DNA of 64,000 nt, taken from positions 5,937,519 through 6,001,518 of the forward strand of contig CM082578.2 of assembly GCA_040954595.2 (NCBI GenBank), read 5' to 3'. Made by a program: the position numbers and the translations under genes. Below the pieces are notes generated by a model. The model worked only from the letters and a program-made list of their open reading frames with translations. It was not told where the DNA came from and did no database searches. The DNA is from Balanoglossus misakiensis (lineage: Eukaryota; Animalia; Hemichordata). The first letter of the stretch is position 1, and each line of letters begins with the position of its first letter. Positions 1 to 15,854 of this stretch are shown in pieces.

Positions 1-9
1 TGCCACCTT

Positions 10-1136
10 GGCAGATCCGTTCCGCAAACAGAAACTTTCAGTTTAGTATCAGAATCTACAATTGATTACAATCAACAAACGTGGAGCTGTTAAAGGTACA
101 TGAGCTGCAACTGGATAAAAAATTAAAGTTTTAAATAATCTCATATATGCTTTTAATTATGTCTATTAAATGATATTTTATGATAATATATCAAGATTAA
201 CACTTATTTATGACAAAATGGCCAAAAATTAAAGAAAAACGAAAATTCCTGCAATTTAAAAAAAAAGTTCAATATTGCAATGAAAAATGAAAATCTGATG
301 TCTCAGTGGTGTACATTTACTTCCATGAGCTCAAGTGGATGAGATCATGTTTTGTTTATGAAGTTTCATAACCGGAAATGCAACATTTTCATAGTTTCTT
401 GCATTTTCCCCACGATGGCGGCCATAATCGCTTGCGGCAAAGCTTTATTATTTATCTGGTTAGAACTTGCATATGCACTCATATTTAGGGTTTTTAATGC
501 TTGTGTTTAGATCGCTGCCTTCATCTGCATAGACTAATGGTAGTACACTTTGAAACAAAAATTATGAAAATTATCCCAAAAGTTGCAGCTTACGTGCCTT
601 TAACTCATTCTGTTTGTTCCTTGTTTGTGTCTGTTTGTTTTTGTTTCTGTCTGCCTGCATGCATGCCTGTCTGTCTTCTACCCGCCTGTCTGTTTGTCTG
701 TCTGTACGATGAATAAACAAACGTGCAATGTGAATCATGCCTTTTTTGAAATTAAAACAAATCAGATAATGTGAACCAAACGTAATGATTTCAGGAAACT
801 TACCTCCCATGATTTAACTTCGATCGGCGACGCCGCAAACTCCTTCCCTCTGTACTTTCTATTATCGAACAACCCATATAAAATGACAACAATCAGTAAC
901 CGAACGTGCGAATTCTGAGTGGAAAGGTTCTCTAAGCTCATTGATATGGTAGAGTTGTATTTTTCTTGCTGCTATAGTATCCCAGAGCGTCATTTTAATT
1001 AGGCTTATGATATAACAAATAAAAAGAATTATTCAATTACCCTTCAAACAAGTATGACATTCCTTTCACCTCTTCCTCGGCTGCTTTGATCAACGCCTCC
1101 AGATTCTGCGTCATACTTGTCAGGGTGTGGCACCCC
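10..1136 (-). pseudogene. Truncated duplicate fragment of the NXPE-family gene (end of exon 3, exon 4, start of exon 5)
   Basis: Near-identical to 6833-7479, introns included. The exon-4 copy (804-858) is 55 nt against 56 nt in the intact gene (GATTTAAC vs GATTTTAAC, a frameshift). Homology breaks inside exons at both ends, and a MITE interrupts the intron. Confidence 0.85.
94..599. mobile_element. Non-autonomous TTAA-target DNA transposon (Kolobok-like MITE)
   Basis: Termini AGGTACATGAGCTGCAACT and AGTTGCAGCTTACGTGCCT form an imperfect TIR. TTAA lies at 90-93 and 600-603, and the paralogous empty site near 6913 has one TTAA (GAGCTGTTAACTCATT). RR..YY termini with TTAA fit Kolobok rather than piggyBac. 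Confidence 0.85.
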
Positions 1137-2210
1137 CGTTATCTTACCATACCAGACAGCGAGTGAGAACGTTTAGACATATATCAATCACTGCCCGATA
1201 AAATTTAATGGCCGGCAATCATTTGGTTTCGTGATACATCCGCAAACATCCACATAGTTCCATCTGCTCGCCTTTTACTAGGAAACATTTTCCTCATGTG
1301 TACTGAACGGGAAAACTGTTTTCGTGACCGGTGAAAGATGGTGTCAGATGTATGTGACACTAGCAAATCCCACCGCAGTAACGCATGACTGATGTTTAAT
1401 GTCTATTAACTAAAATGAACAATTTGATTTCATTTCATTTCAAATATAGAGACTCGTTTTGTTTAGAAAAAAAACATTTTCTCAAATCCAATATCGTTAT
1501 TGTCGAGAACATTGCGATTTGGAGGCATATTACAAACTGTATACGAATATGTTTAAATTTCGTGAGTTTGCTAATGATTCCCTAAATCTCACAAAGAGTT
1601 TTTCGTATCCTGGACATACGGAAATCACACTATTCGTGACGTTCAGCCATAAAGTTTATACACATGTAAATTGGCCACAGTATTCCCTTCGATTCAAAAT
1701 CAGACATACGTCTAGGCCCCCTAGCACAGATAAGTTGTGAAAGAAACAAATGTCAGAGAAGTTAAGGCGTTTTTAATAATCAAGGTTTTTAGGGCGAAGG
1801 GTCATTTTAGGTGAAGAATCATAGGCGGTGTGAATTTTGCGTGAAAATTAAGGAATTGATATCTCACATTTGATTAAACACTGCTTGCAGAATATTATGA
1901 TAAAAACAATTCATTTTAAATTAGCATGTGATTCTATATGGCTCCCGATGAACATCTTCTTAAAATGCTGTCTGAAAATAAATAATAAATCACGTGACGC
2001 GTGACAGTGTGGGCAGTAGTCATGCCCCGTCATTATTTGCATAACATAGAGGTTGAATTCACCTTTCTAAATTTAGAAGAAAAAAAATATTAAAATTCTG
2101 TTGAATCAGCTACAGAAAACTTGCATAAAAGGCGACTGGTACAGGGAACATTTACAGACATTCACTAGTTGCTCTTCCTGAGATCATCAGTACGGCGAAA
2201 ACGAAGAACG

Positions 2211-4485
<2,275 letters not shown>

Positions 4486-6133
4486 ACCACTCAAAAATTT
4501 GCATAAAAGTCGAGGTGGCCATCCCTCATTTGCATAAATCTCGAGGCCATATCCGGGCTAAAGCCCCCCCCCCCCCCTGTTTTTTCGCTAATCTGTTGGC
4601 CCAGCACCCGGGGCTCTTACCCGGGCAACTACGGTATATAACAATCCGGTCCCATCTTGGCTCTTAAACAAAACTGTAAAGAAGCATGCTATGGGAATAA
4701 AATCTGCAGTATAACGTAATTCGTCTCACTGTCAGTTGTGTTATCTGATTACTCGTGTGCGGTTTTAATATTTAGTTACAATTTAAGTGTTTGGTGAGGG
4801 TGGTTGTTGGAGGGCTGGGGTTGTGGCGAACATGTTTTTCATGTTGGATTACAATCTGGGTTAGGAAATCTGGTGAGATCAGACTCAGAGTTAACGAGCC
4901 TTCAAATAGTACTGCTCTGGTTTTTGGATTATTTCTACAAGTTTAGAAAGAGAGAAACGAGATGCTGGTTTGAAGTGGCCAGTATGACAACAGACACAAG
5001 CCTAGTCTTGCTCCAAGACTGTGTGATACTGAAAAGCTCGTCCGCGTTGTGTATATAGAACGTCCTGTGGACGCGACGCTAATCACACGTCGTACGCAGT
5101 ATGAAAGTTCCATTCTGATCGACAGGCACAGCGACTGATGGAGTCTAACACAAGCCCTGTGCTATCTACATTCAAGGGACCATGTTAGCAAAAATTTTGT
5201 GAATGACAAAATAGTATGATTGCTTCGTTTGCAAATTGAAAATGTGTTGTCTTTTGGTATGCCCAGCCTGTTCAAGTGGTCTAAACATTGATACGTTATG
5301 GCGCGAATCTCTACAATTACACTACCTTTGTGAATTTCTCCAAACTCTGTTAGACTGACCTTTCTACTTTTAATATCTTTTAATCCTGGCTTTCTTTTCT
5401 CGGTCTTTCCAAGATTCACAAGTCTGTCATGAAATCTTGCCGAATGGCTGCACTGATGGGCCTTGGTTGTAATCACCGACGTGACACAGGAGATGGGGTT
5501 TACCGTTGGGGCGGGGGCTGATTACTGTCCGTGGGGGTAATCAGCCCCCCCCCCCCCACCAACGGTACAGCTGCGTACCACAATAGATGGTGTCGCAGCT
5601 CAGCAACGCATGATAGCTTCCGATGAATGCGAAGACCCGTCAGACACGCAAATACAGTCAAAATACAAAATTCAACATTGAAAACGGGACCGCGAGATGC
5701 CATGTCTAGCCCGTCACCTCGTCTTAGAAAACACTAAAATTTCTGAGAGATAATAACACGAAATCCCAAGTATCGTGTCATTGCTTCGATTCTATTTTAA
5801 CATCGCTTCCGTTTATTACATATCTCATCGTTTCATGTGATTTTAGAAGATTTGCCCCGCTAACAACTTAAAATAAACGTGCAGTCTAGATGATTCGGGC
5901 TGTCAGTTTTAGTCTCAGAATGTACTAGTAAGGTAATATTTCAGGGGATTTATAACATGCCATACCAAAGTTAACACATCGGTTTACTAAATATAGCTTC
6001 ATCATAACACCATGATGCGCTGCGACGGCTGATGCTTTTCCACAGACGGTTTGGCTCGGTCGAGAAAAGGCGCGCATAAGAATATGTGTGTATTAGGCGT
6101 TGACGTCTGTGGACACACGTTTAGGAAACTGAA

Positions 6134-9100
6134 TCACATATACCAGGCGTCGTTAACCATTTCAGGGCAAACGTAGGAGAGCAGCATATCCAATTCCTGG
6201 ATGAGGATGTGATGCGCAACGTGCACTTGATTCGGATCGGGGTGTGCCTGAACCATGTCCCAGAGATCCAGAAAATGAACACCCATGCCACCAAACACCC
6301 TGCGCAGCATTCTGTTCGTGTCATAGAACAAGTAGTTACCACTGTGAACGCTCTGCGCGGCATCGATATTGTCTCGAGGGTGTGCCAATTTGACAATGGC
6401 TATGGCCGCCGGGCATCGTTTGAAAAGCCGCAGAAGGGCCAGTTTGGTTCGGTAAATTCTATCGATGTACGACCTCACCGACCACGCACCGTAGTGAAAG
6501 GCAAAATTGAAAATATAGACTGGCGGGTACGATTCGCAGATGGTGGTGTTGATGCTGTCGACGAGATCGCTCTCAAAGACGATGTCGCGGACTTTGACAA
6601 TCGGGGTACCCACCCTTAGCGCCGTATAGGCAAAACTGTGACTGACCGGACCGCCCAGGATGGTTTCATTCTTCACTAAAGAAAGTATTTGCCTCATGGT
6701 CGAATCGCCGGAGAGGTAGAAACGCTTGCCGGATGTGCACTTAAACCTCTGCTGAGGGGTCCACTGCTGACTCCGACACATCAGCGGCACGAACGTCTCA
6801 TAGCTGATCCAGTAGCCGCTCGACTTCGAGACGGGCAGATCCGGTCCGCAAACAGGAACTTTCAGTTTAGTATCAGAATCTACAATTGATTACAACAACA
6901 AACGTGGAGCTGTTAACTCATTACGTTTGTTCGTTTGTTTGTTTGTTTGTTTGTTTGTTTGTTTGTTTGTTTCTGTCTGTCTGTATGTATGTCTGTCTGC
7001 CTGCCTGCCTGTCTGTCTGCCTGTCTTTCTACTCGCCTGTTTGTCTGTCTGTCTGTATAAACAAACGTACAATGTGAATCATGCTTTCTAAAATTAAAAC
7101 AAATCATATAATATGAACCAAATCTTATGATTCCAGGAAACATACCTCCTGTGATTTTAACTTCGATAGGCGACGCCGCAAACTCCTTCCCTCTGTACTT
7201 TCTATTATCGAACAAACCATATAAAATGACAACAATCAGTAACCGAACGTGCGAATTCCGAGTGGAAAGGTTCACTAAGCTCATTGATATGGTAGAGTTG
7301 TATTTTTCTTGCTGCTATAGTATCCCAGAGCGTGAATTTAATTACACTATGGTATACAAAAATACAAAGAATTATTCAATTACCCTTCAAACAAGTATGA
7401 CTTTCCTTTCACCTCTTCCTCGGCTGCTTTGATCAACGCCTCCAGATTCTGAGTCATACTTGACAGGGCGTGGCACCCCAGTGTCTTCGGCTTCTCGCAG
7501 ATCAACACCGTCCTGCCCAGCGACCACCTGTTAGTGTACGTGCATTTTCCCTCCCACGTCCCCTCGTTCAGCATCGTGCAGTTGCTTGTCTCCATGACCT
7601 CGCCGTCTGTGTAGTTGACCGACCAGATGATCTGCCGCTCGCTGTGTCTGTTGATGCTCAGTACGAGCACGGCTTCCCGCACGAAGGACAGCACCGGTCT
7701 GATGAGCGCCCGCCCTTTCCACCCGGCGAAGAAGTACACGCTGTACGTGCCGTTCTCGTAGTCGACCGTCCTCCCGGCCGTGTTCTTCAGCCGGGTCTCG
7801 TCCGACATTACCGCCTGTATGAAGTCTCCTCCCCTGAGGCGCATGTTGCCGTGCTCATCCAAGGCTTCAATGACAACATGGACGAACTCTCCCTTCTTAA
7901 AGACGGCCTTCTTGTCGAAGAGGTAAACCCTTGGAACACAGCGGAAGAGAAAAGTCTTTGATGACATTCAAATTTCACATCACGACAGTTAATATTGGCC
8001 ACACGAAACTGAAACACAACTGGATATAATAAGAATTTTTTTATAAGAATAAGAAATAAGAATTTCTAATAAGAAAGATTCTTATAAAATTCTTATAAGA
8101 TTTGCATTTTTTTCAGAAAATCCAATATGGCCGCCGGGTCACATGACTAATTAAATATTCGAGGGTTCAATGCACGACTACTCATTGACCTTGACCACTG
8201 TAGCAAGTTTGAGAAGTGTACCTGCAGTAGTTTCAGAGATTTAGTTGGCCGAAGAATTGACACAAGAGTAAAGAAAGAAAGAAAATCCCCAACGAAACCA
8301 ATAGGGCCCAAGCGCCTGCGGGCTTGGGCCCCCTAAAAACAATCTCGCTCGCTCTTACTTCGATTTTGCCACAGACGTTGATCCGAAAGAGCCGAAGCGG
8401 GCATCCAAGTTGTTGTGAATTTGGGCGCCATTTTCGAAATCCAAATGTTTGTAGGCCCACTCGTACTCCTCCACAACGCCGAGCCATTCCATATCAAATT
8501 TGCTGTACTCGTTGTACGGAAGAATGACGCCGTCGTGTCTATCGATCACTCTTACGTTTGGGACTTGTTTACAGGAACCTGGAGTAGGCACCGTCTTCTT
8601 AATCGCCTGTGAGGTGTTTTTGCGGGTAACCTCGATGGTATGACCAGGTGGGCGTGCCTCGTTGACACCAATGACGTGGATGCTCTATAACAATCAAATT
8701 ATACTCGACTTAGTTTGCCTAGTTACAGATTTCCCATTGGAATTTTAAAATTAAAAAATCGTATTTTGCCACGTTCGGTCGCACTCAGATTTAATGACAG
8801 TCACATATGTTGAACCAGGCATGTGTTGACCAAGAGAGAACATTTAATGGGACAAAGTCTCTCTCTCGCTGTCCTTTCTAGTTTCCATTAGTTATGTTTG
8901 ACACAAGACACAGTTAATATTATTCTACATGTGGATGTATAGTGAATCAACGTTCGACCACACACATCTTCCATCCCGTTTATAGGTTATGAGAGTAAAA
9001 ATCTCACCAAAATGAACAAATGGTAAAGACTGATTAGTAGTATTCATTTTGGCGAGTTTTTCACTCTCATGTCTACAAGTGGGATGGAAGTTGTGTGTGG

Positions 9101-9448
9101 TCGAATGTTGATTCACTATATATCCACATGTAGAATAACATGAACGGTGTATTATATCAAACATAATTAATGACAAAAAACGGCAGCTAGAGAGAGACTT
9201 TGTCCCCTTAATGTATAAAAAATAAATTGGAGACTGTTATTTTGTGACATCAACATTAAGACGGCGAGAATGAAACGGAACAGTGTGCGTAAACGTGCAA
9301 GTCTGCCTGCTCCATCCACCTGTGATATATAGAATTCAATAAATTACATTGTACGTACGTGCATCGTAATATATGCTCCAATAGCCATGCCAACAATAAC
9401 CAGAAGGCACGGTTTCAAAACTGCTCTCGCTTTAGAAAAAATGTACAT
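6134..9448 (-). CDS. NXPE-family (neurexophilin and PC-esterase domain) type II membrane protein, about 587 aa, 5 coding exons
   Basis: Exons 9448-9359 (signal anchor VLKPCLLVIVGMAIGAYI), 8684-8359, 7929-7384, 7201-7146, 6879-6134, with phases 0/2/2/1 giving one open frame. Motifs: GGDF, GRTVDYENGTYSVYF (NXPE N-terminal Ig-like region), SGYW, catalytic GDSTMRQ, FLDLWDM, and a C-terminal His (NQVHV). Confidence 0.9.
6925..7055. repeat. Compound (GTTT)n/(GTCT)n microsatellite in an NXPE intron
   Basis: Read directly. A shorter degenerate version lies at about 610-705 in the duplicate. Confidence 0.9.
8017..8337. mobile_element. Probable Helentron-associated (HINE/DINE-1-like) non-autonomous element in NXPE intron 2
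   Basis: Internal inverted repeat at one end (AAGAATTTTTTATAAGAAT / ATTCTTATAAAATTCTT), a short AAAG microsatellite, and a terminal GC stem-loop GGGCCCAAGC-GCCTGCGG-GCTTGGGCCC followed by CCTAA. Boundaries are approximate. Confidence 0.55.
8848..9207. mobile_element. TTAA-flanked MITE with long TIRs (Kolobok-like), in NXPE intron 1
   Basis: TTAA-TGGGACAAAGTCTCTCT...AGAGAGACTTTGTCCCC-TTAA, with long imperfect inverted arms. A second copy lies inverted at 30356-30705. Confidence 0.85.
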
Positions 9449-11183
9449 ACTGCCTGAAAAATATGGAATGTGTCGATAAGTTAGTTTTATCGTTATTTCC
9501 TCTTTCAAACGCACATATACAATGTATGTAACGTTGTCCATCCGGCCACCTAGTGATGGCGTTTAGACGAATGTTTGTAGTTTGTGGAAATGAATTCTAC
9601 CACAAGATAGCAATATTTGGGTAAGAGATGTGAATAGGGACCGGGGTTAGGAAATCGTGTAGGAGGAAACGAATACAAACATGTCCCAAGTTATTGTGTC
9701 TCCCCTTCCACCAGCACTAACTTTTGTAATACCTTGTCCTACCCCACTACCTATGAGTAGGCGTGCGTTTAACTATCTTTATGGGCACTCTCAGGACATG
9801 CCCCATTCAAATCACAACAACTTGATAACTGTTTGCAGTAGCAGCAGGTATGAATCGAACTCGTGTCATGAAATGGCCAATGAATCACACCAATTAACAA
9901 TTATCACAACAAACCCACTTTAAAACTAACCCTGACATCTCAACGCCATTCCCGTACCTTATCAAAATGCGACCACAAACCGCTACGTCGGCGTTTACCT
10001 TGTACAGTGTCTCCCTGTTGCTGTATCACATGGAGTCTATAGTACTGGATAATTACGACTCGAGCAGCTTGGTACGGTAGCAACTAAACTTCCACAGCGG
10101 TTGATGGAGAGTGACGCGCGAATCAAACTGTCGCAGCTGTTCTTTGAACACCCAATCACCCAGTGGACTCATTTCAATAACGTTTCTCTATAATCAGGTA
10201 CAGAGTTGGCTCGATCGTTGACGTTTTTCTGGTGCTCTGTTTTTCTGTCCTCGTAAGGGGGAGAGGACCGTGAAAGTAAAGACCACAGAACTATTCAACT
10301 TTCCCCATTGGCCTCGCTTGAGTTCAAATTCACGATGGCTGCATGACGGTACTGGGCTTACATGTATGAAAAGCATGTATTGGTATCGATTTCAAACTGA
10401 GTTTCGTTTTTGTTATAGATAGGCCGTTCGCATTGCTCAAAAAAGGCTAGGCCCTTGTCCTAGTCAGGTACGTGGCCGAGCAAAAAAACTACAGATGTGA
10501 ACGGGTCTGGCCGTTGTCGGGACTATTTTGTGTCCCCGGGCCAGTTGAAAGGGGTGGTCTGTGGCCGACTCTAACATGTACATGTAGCTTCATTATATTG
10601 CAAGATGTTACATACAGAAAATTACAACACATACAAAATGCCGTTAAATGCACAAGACAATAAGTACAAGACAACATCTCAAATGCACAATTAGGCAACT
10701 TGTTAAGTACACAAGACCACATAATTTCAGTTTCACTGGTCAGTCATGGATTTCCATTAGACCTATACCTACGGGGGGGGGGGGGGGTTCAGGCACCTCA
10801 CAGATATCAACCAATAAATTGCAATTAATTAACTGTCCTAATTATAGTGATACGTTAGCGTAATAACAACAAATAGGCCTACATTGATGAAAGAATTCGC
10901 GAATATTGCATATTTAACAAATAAGTGCAATTACTGCTATAAATGTGGAGTTCCTGCAAAGATATTATGAAATTGAACAGAAATAACGATTTCATAAATA
11001 TAGCACTGGATGCTAGAGATAAGTTGCATTGAAGGAAAGTTGAATTTGATCATAATTTATTGCTTAGTTAATATCTAGTTCAAAAACAGATGCTTGGCTT
11101 GATTTCTTAAACAAGGTTTTCAGCCAAGAATACTAAACGGCTCTGGGCTAGACTTTTCCCAGTATGCGCGGCTGCAACAGACC

Positions 11184-14100
11184 TTATTCCTCATCAAACG
11201 GGTAGTGAGGGTGATCTTTAAAGCTGGAAATAAGAGAAGAAATTATTAGTTATGTGCTTTTTGACTTACATGCATATGGGGGTAACTTAAAACCAAATGC
11301 TTGGAACGTCTAATGTATATTAATGTTAAGTGCCAAGTGACCGTCATCCAACTACATGTACAAGTACCATGTATATACTAGTAATTGACAATCATCTTGT
11401 TTCATATACAGGTCTGCAGTTATTTGGTACCTAAATTTAAAGTATCTCACGCTGTTTAAAAATTGTTGTCGTCTGTACCATATCAATATAATATTGTTTT
11501 CCCAAACGCGAAACTATACTATAATTCCTTCACACAAGTGCAGATAACTTGCGGCGCCAAATCATACTTACCATTGCCAAAACCTAGATATGGGCATACC
11601 AAGATTGCGTTCTTCTAAGGTGTCCATGTCTTCTCGGCTTAGTTCAAAATCAAACACCTGCAGATATATCCCAAAATAATGCCTGTGAAATGTTCAAGTA
11701 TGTCCTGAAACAACGCTCAGTATGGTGATAGACTCAGTGGTTTTGCTTTAGTGTATTTTGTGCCTATGTGCTGTGCTGTAAAATTATCCTCTCTCGCGGG
11801 TGGTCGAGGAAGAGGTGGAGGAGGGGAGGGGGAAATATAAATACATGTAACTGAATTTGTGTTTAATTGCGACAGGATAAACGGTATCATAATATTTTTA
11901 TACTTTAATCTCTAGTTTTTTCCGAGAGAATATTTTATACTACAACGAATACGATGACGACGATGGTTGTTTCTGAAGCTTCGACGGAGAAGAGTTCTTA
12001 TGACCTCATAACCGATATTCATTTCAAAATACCTGAGTGTTTTCTTTCATGTGGTCAGGATTAACACTCTTGGGTATGACAACACATCCAAGGTTGATTG
12101 AGTATCGAAGAAGAACTTGTGCTGGCGATTTCTGGTACTTTTTAGCGATAGCTTTCACCACAGAGTCATCCATAAACTTGGGAACGTTTTCAAGTAAGCT
12201 GTTCACAAAAGATAAAGGAGTCGATATATTATATTCCTATATGTCATAGCGTACATATCACTATATCACATTATATAATAATCATACTCATATCATACCT
12301 TATGCTATACATTATCCATTTTGGTCAATAACAGAATATTATAAACGTGGCTGAATGTGTGGAGCAGAGAGTGGACATTCTGGGTTCGCCGGACTATTCT
12401 GGCTAACCTGGGCGAGTAAGCCTCAAAGCATACCAAGTGAAATCAGTTACTTTGTATTTATACTATAGAGTATTGTATGTTACGCTGTACTTTGGATGAG
12501 CAGGTGCGCCTAATGAACAGAAGGCCGTCACAGCTATTCCCTTCGATTGGCAGAACTTGATCAGCTTTTTTCTTACAAAATATGGATGTACTTCGATCTG
12601 CAAGATAAAATGTAATCATGAATTCATAGGTATCTCCAGGCAAATAAAACACAAGGCAAGTTGTTAGTGGGTGTATCGGCAAGTGTCAATTCATGGAAAA
12701 GCGGGGCACCGTAAGACAGTTGTGTCAATATTAGTATGGATGCCTAGTGAGCAATGACAGAATTTAAAAGATATACATACTTCATTGACCACAGGCTTGT
12801 GCTTGGCAGCGAGCAGAATTCGTTCTATCTGTTTGGAGTTGAAGTTAGAGACCCCAATTGCCTTGACCAGCCCTTCGTCCACCAGTTTTTCCATTTCCTA
12901 TCATGTGAAGGCAGAACATTGCACAAAAATTAAAATAACACGCGAATAATTTTAATTAAAGTGATCTGGTCACGGTAAGAGAAAAAGATAAGGATTATTT
13001 TACATGTAAGTGAACCATGAAAATAACATGACGTTCACGAGTGGTTTAGCTTGACAATTGTTCTGTAACAGGTTTAGGTCACGTCTGGTCAACATTGTAT
13101 AGTTCAACTTCAATGGTGTTGACACATCAACATACAATTATAAGGCATGCATGTTTGCATATTGTGGTTTTATGTAAAACGTACAATGTATACCAAGGTG
13201 ACAAATTTCAAGAAAACTAGAGCGTGATATATATACAAGGTTGCAGGTGACAATTCTTATATTAAAATTTTCGGCCGATCAACAGAAATGCCATATGCTG
13301 TATCTACCTTCCACGTGTCCACGTAGTCAACTATATCCATAAGATATTCACCCTTCTCGTTTGTCGGGAAAGTTTGCGCGTTTCTGTCATACTGTGGGAA
13401 ATCAAATATAAAAGCCAGTGGAAGTCCATACTTAAAAAGCATTTGCCTTGTGATATAATCGGATTCAGGAACCATGATCAATGCACGATCATTTAGCCTA
13501 ACAATAACTGTTTGTCGATAACGCTTTGTGATATGAACAATTATATATTCAGATAGCCACTGATACTCTATAACATCTATTGGACGGCTACGGATAGCCC
13601 AGAGATATACTTCTAACCATTCCTACCTTCACTGCAAATGGTGTATGTACCAGATACAGGTCAACGTAGTCGAGTTTCAGCATCTTCAGTGATTGGTCAA
13701 AACATTCCCGGACATGCGCAGGAGACAAGTATTTACTCGCAAGCTAGCGGTGTCAACAAGATTTTTTGTTATAGTGATGTGAAAGCATAAAGCAATTATG
13801 TTGATCATTTACGGCCAGTGCCAAAGCAGATCTGTTGGGAATTTTTGTATACCAAACTCAAAGTTGACAATTTCACAACATAACTTTAGGTATGCAGCTA
13901 CGAAACACTAGAATTCCCTATACCTGGATATCAACAACAGTTGTCAAGCAGACTAGCTTTTAAGTCCGAGCTAAAATATTATTTACTGAATTTACAACAA
14001 TTTTTGTAGTTGTTTTCGACTATTTTCATGGTTCCCTCCAGATTTACAATTTTGTTTTTCCTCCTGTTTTTACCATTTCCTTTGTTTCGTTAATGTTTAT

Positions 14101-15408
14101 ACTGTGAAGCATCTGGCGAAATTAAGTATTCATTCAAATCAGATTCTAAAGTGGTATCGCCTGTATAATCTTAATTATTTACAACTTGGCGTCTGCTTGG
14201 ATTGTAACGTGTAATGGTAATTCTTACCAAATCAAAACTTTAAATTTATAGGTTTTTGAGTTTTTGATAACCTGTCGACCTACCTTAGTGACAATGAAGA
14301 GCTCTTCCCGTTTGACAACGCCTTCAGCCAGGACTTCTTGAATTGCTTGGCCAATCTGTTCTTCATTTTCATAAACGTATGCAGTATCGATGTGTCTATA
14401 TCCCATGTTTATGGCAGCCTTCACCGCCGCCACGGTCTCTTCAGGTTTCATCTGAAACGGGACCGCAAATATATTACATGTACATGTACAAACCTGGTCC
14501 AAGTTTTCAAATGAACCCGCAAAACATTGCCTGGCACAATCCCCTGATTCTCATTGTTTAGAATGAACCTCAAGCTGAAATCACTGCAAGTTTGGTGCCC
14601 ACGTCATTCACTTGGTATTGCACAGTAGGAACAGAATACATTTGCATGTTCATGAACAAATTAACATATTTATCTGCTTGCCTATTTATTCATATCGCTC
14701 CACGACCCGTGGTATCTTTTAGCCAACTGTTTACCGTGATAATCCTATTGGGAGTCACCTCACGTTGCTGTCTCATTTATTGTATAGAATGCTGTTTGAA
14801 ATCTTTCAATCATAAGTCACTATGCATAGATGTTCTGAAATTGGCGTGCATACGTAGATAATAGAACAGTGTCCTCGTATACCAAATTTGATGGTAATGA
14901 AACTGGGTGTGTAGTGAATGTGCTGCCGTGCGTAATATGTAACGCGTGAATATTGTTGAAGTTTCCGTTCTCTTCTACAGCCTTCGACCTTCGGTCTTCG
15001 CATTCATGTACATGTACACACAATAATATATTGTATTGCATGACCTTACCTAGTTACGCAATCGCTGGTTATTTGCATGAAATACATGACCTCGGTTTTA
15101 TAAGGTACAACACTGGCACTGGCGTGCAGTGGTTGGGAGGTGCGTTTATTGCACGGTGAACATTCCTTTCGCGATGCGCCGATGGGAGCGGGGGTTCTCA
15201 GCCAGGAAAGAACGCCCATCAACACTGTACATGAACGTACACTACTACACAATACGTGGGCAGACATTGGATCTAACGCAAGGCCATTGTATACATGCAA
15301 CACTGACAGAAATACACTATCAATACACAGTATACTCACGAGATATGTTCCGAGGCCAAACTGCGGCATTTTCATTCCGTTGTTCAGTGTCAGTGATGGG
15401 ATTTGCAT
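11184..15408 (-). CDS. Aldo-keto reductase family 1-like, about 317 aa, 9 coding exons
   Basis: Exons 15408-15340, 14451-14284, 13743-13627, 13391-13308, 12897-12781, 12597-12491, 12198-12033, 11657-11572, 11223-11184 give an open frame. Motifs: [78 protein letters not shown]. The catalytic D/Y/K/H tetrad is present. Confidence 0.95.
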
Positions 15409-15569
15409 TGTCAATCCTTGCAGATGTTGCCAAAAATTCGAAGTACTAATCACTCAGCGAGAGACCAGTGTATAAAAAAGTCGACGGTTATTCCCAGCAG
15501 CCCCACCTATGATCCCGGCGATGGAATTGTCTATCGGCGTGGCGGCGCATGAAGGTCACGTTCATGTTA

Positions 15570-15854
15570 GGGATGGACCATTTGATATCTAAGGGGGTCT
15601 CTGCCGGGTAGTGAAATGATAACATTGCACCTAAACAATATGTTGTAAAACGATATTATATGTATGTAGTTCCGCCTGAAGAGCGTACCGAAATATGTCG
15701 CAAGAAGCCAGACATCGATGGTTCCAGTTGCTGGATAATTTTTCCTTTGCTTCCGTTTGGCATTTTTTTTCTTCTTGACTACTATGTTGTATAAGGGTAT
15801 CCTTGGATATTTTTTGTCTTTCAGCCCCCTTCCCAATATCAACTGGTCCACCCC
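15570..15854. mobile_element. TTA-target MITE (PIF/Harbinger-like) upstream of the AKR gene
   Basis: TTA-GGGATGGACCATTTGATAT...ATATCAACTGGTCCACCCC-TTA. Confidence 0.7.

Noticed and set aside
5162-5703. Two minus-strand ORFs between the pentraxin and NXPE genes, one with a hydrophobic start
   Set aside because: No recognisable family and no consistent splice structure.
6209-7961. Plus-strand ORFs of 136 and 163 aa overlapping NXPE exons, and similar antisense ORFs over the LRR and FucT genes
   Set aside because: They are shadow ORFs of GC-rich coding exons on the opposite strand.
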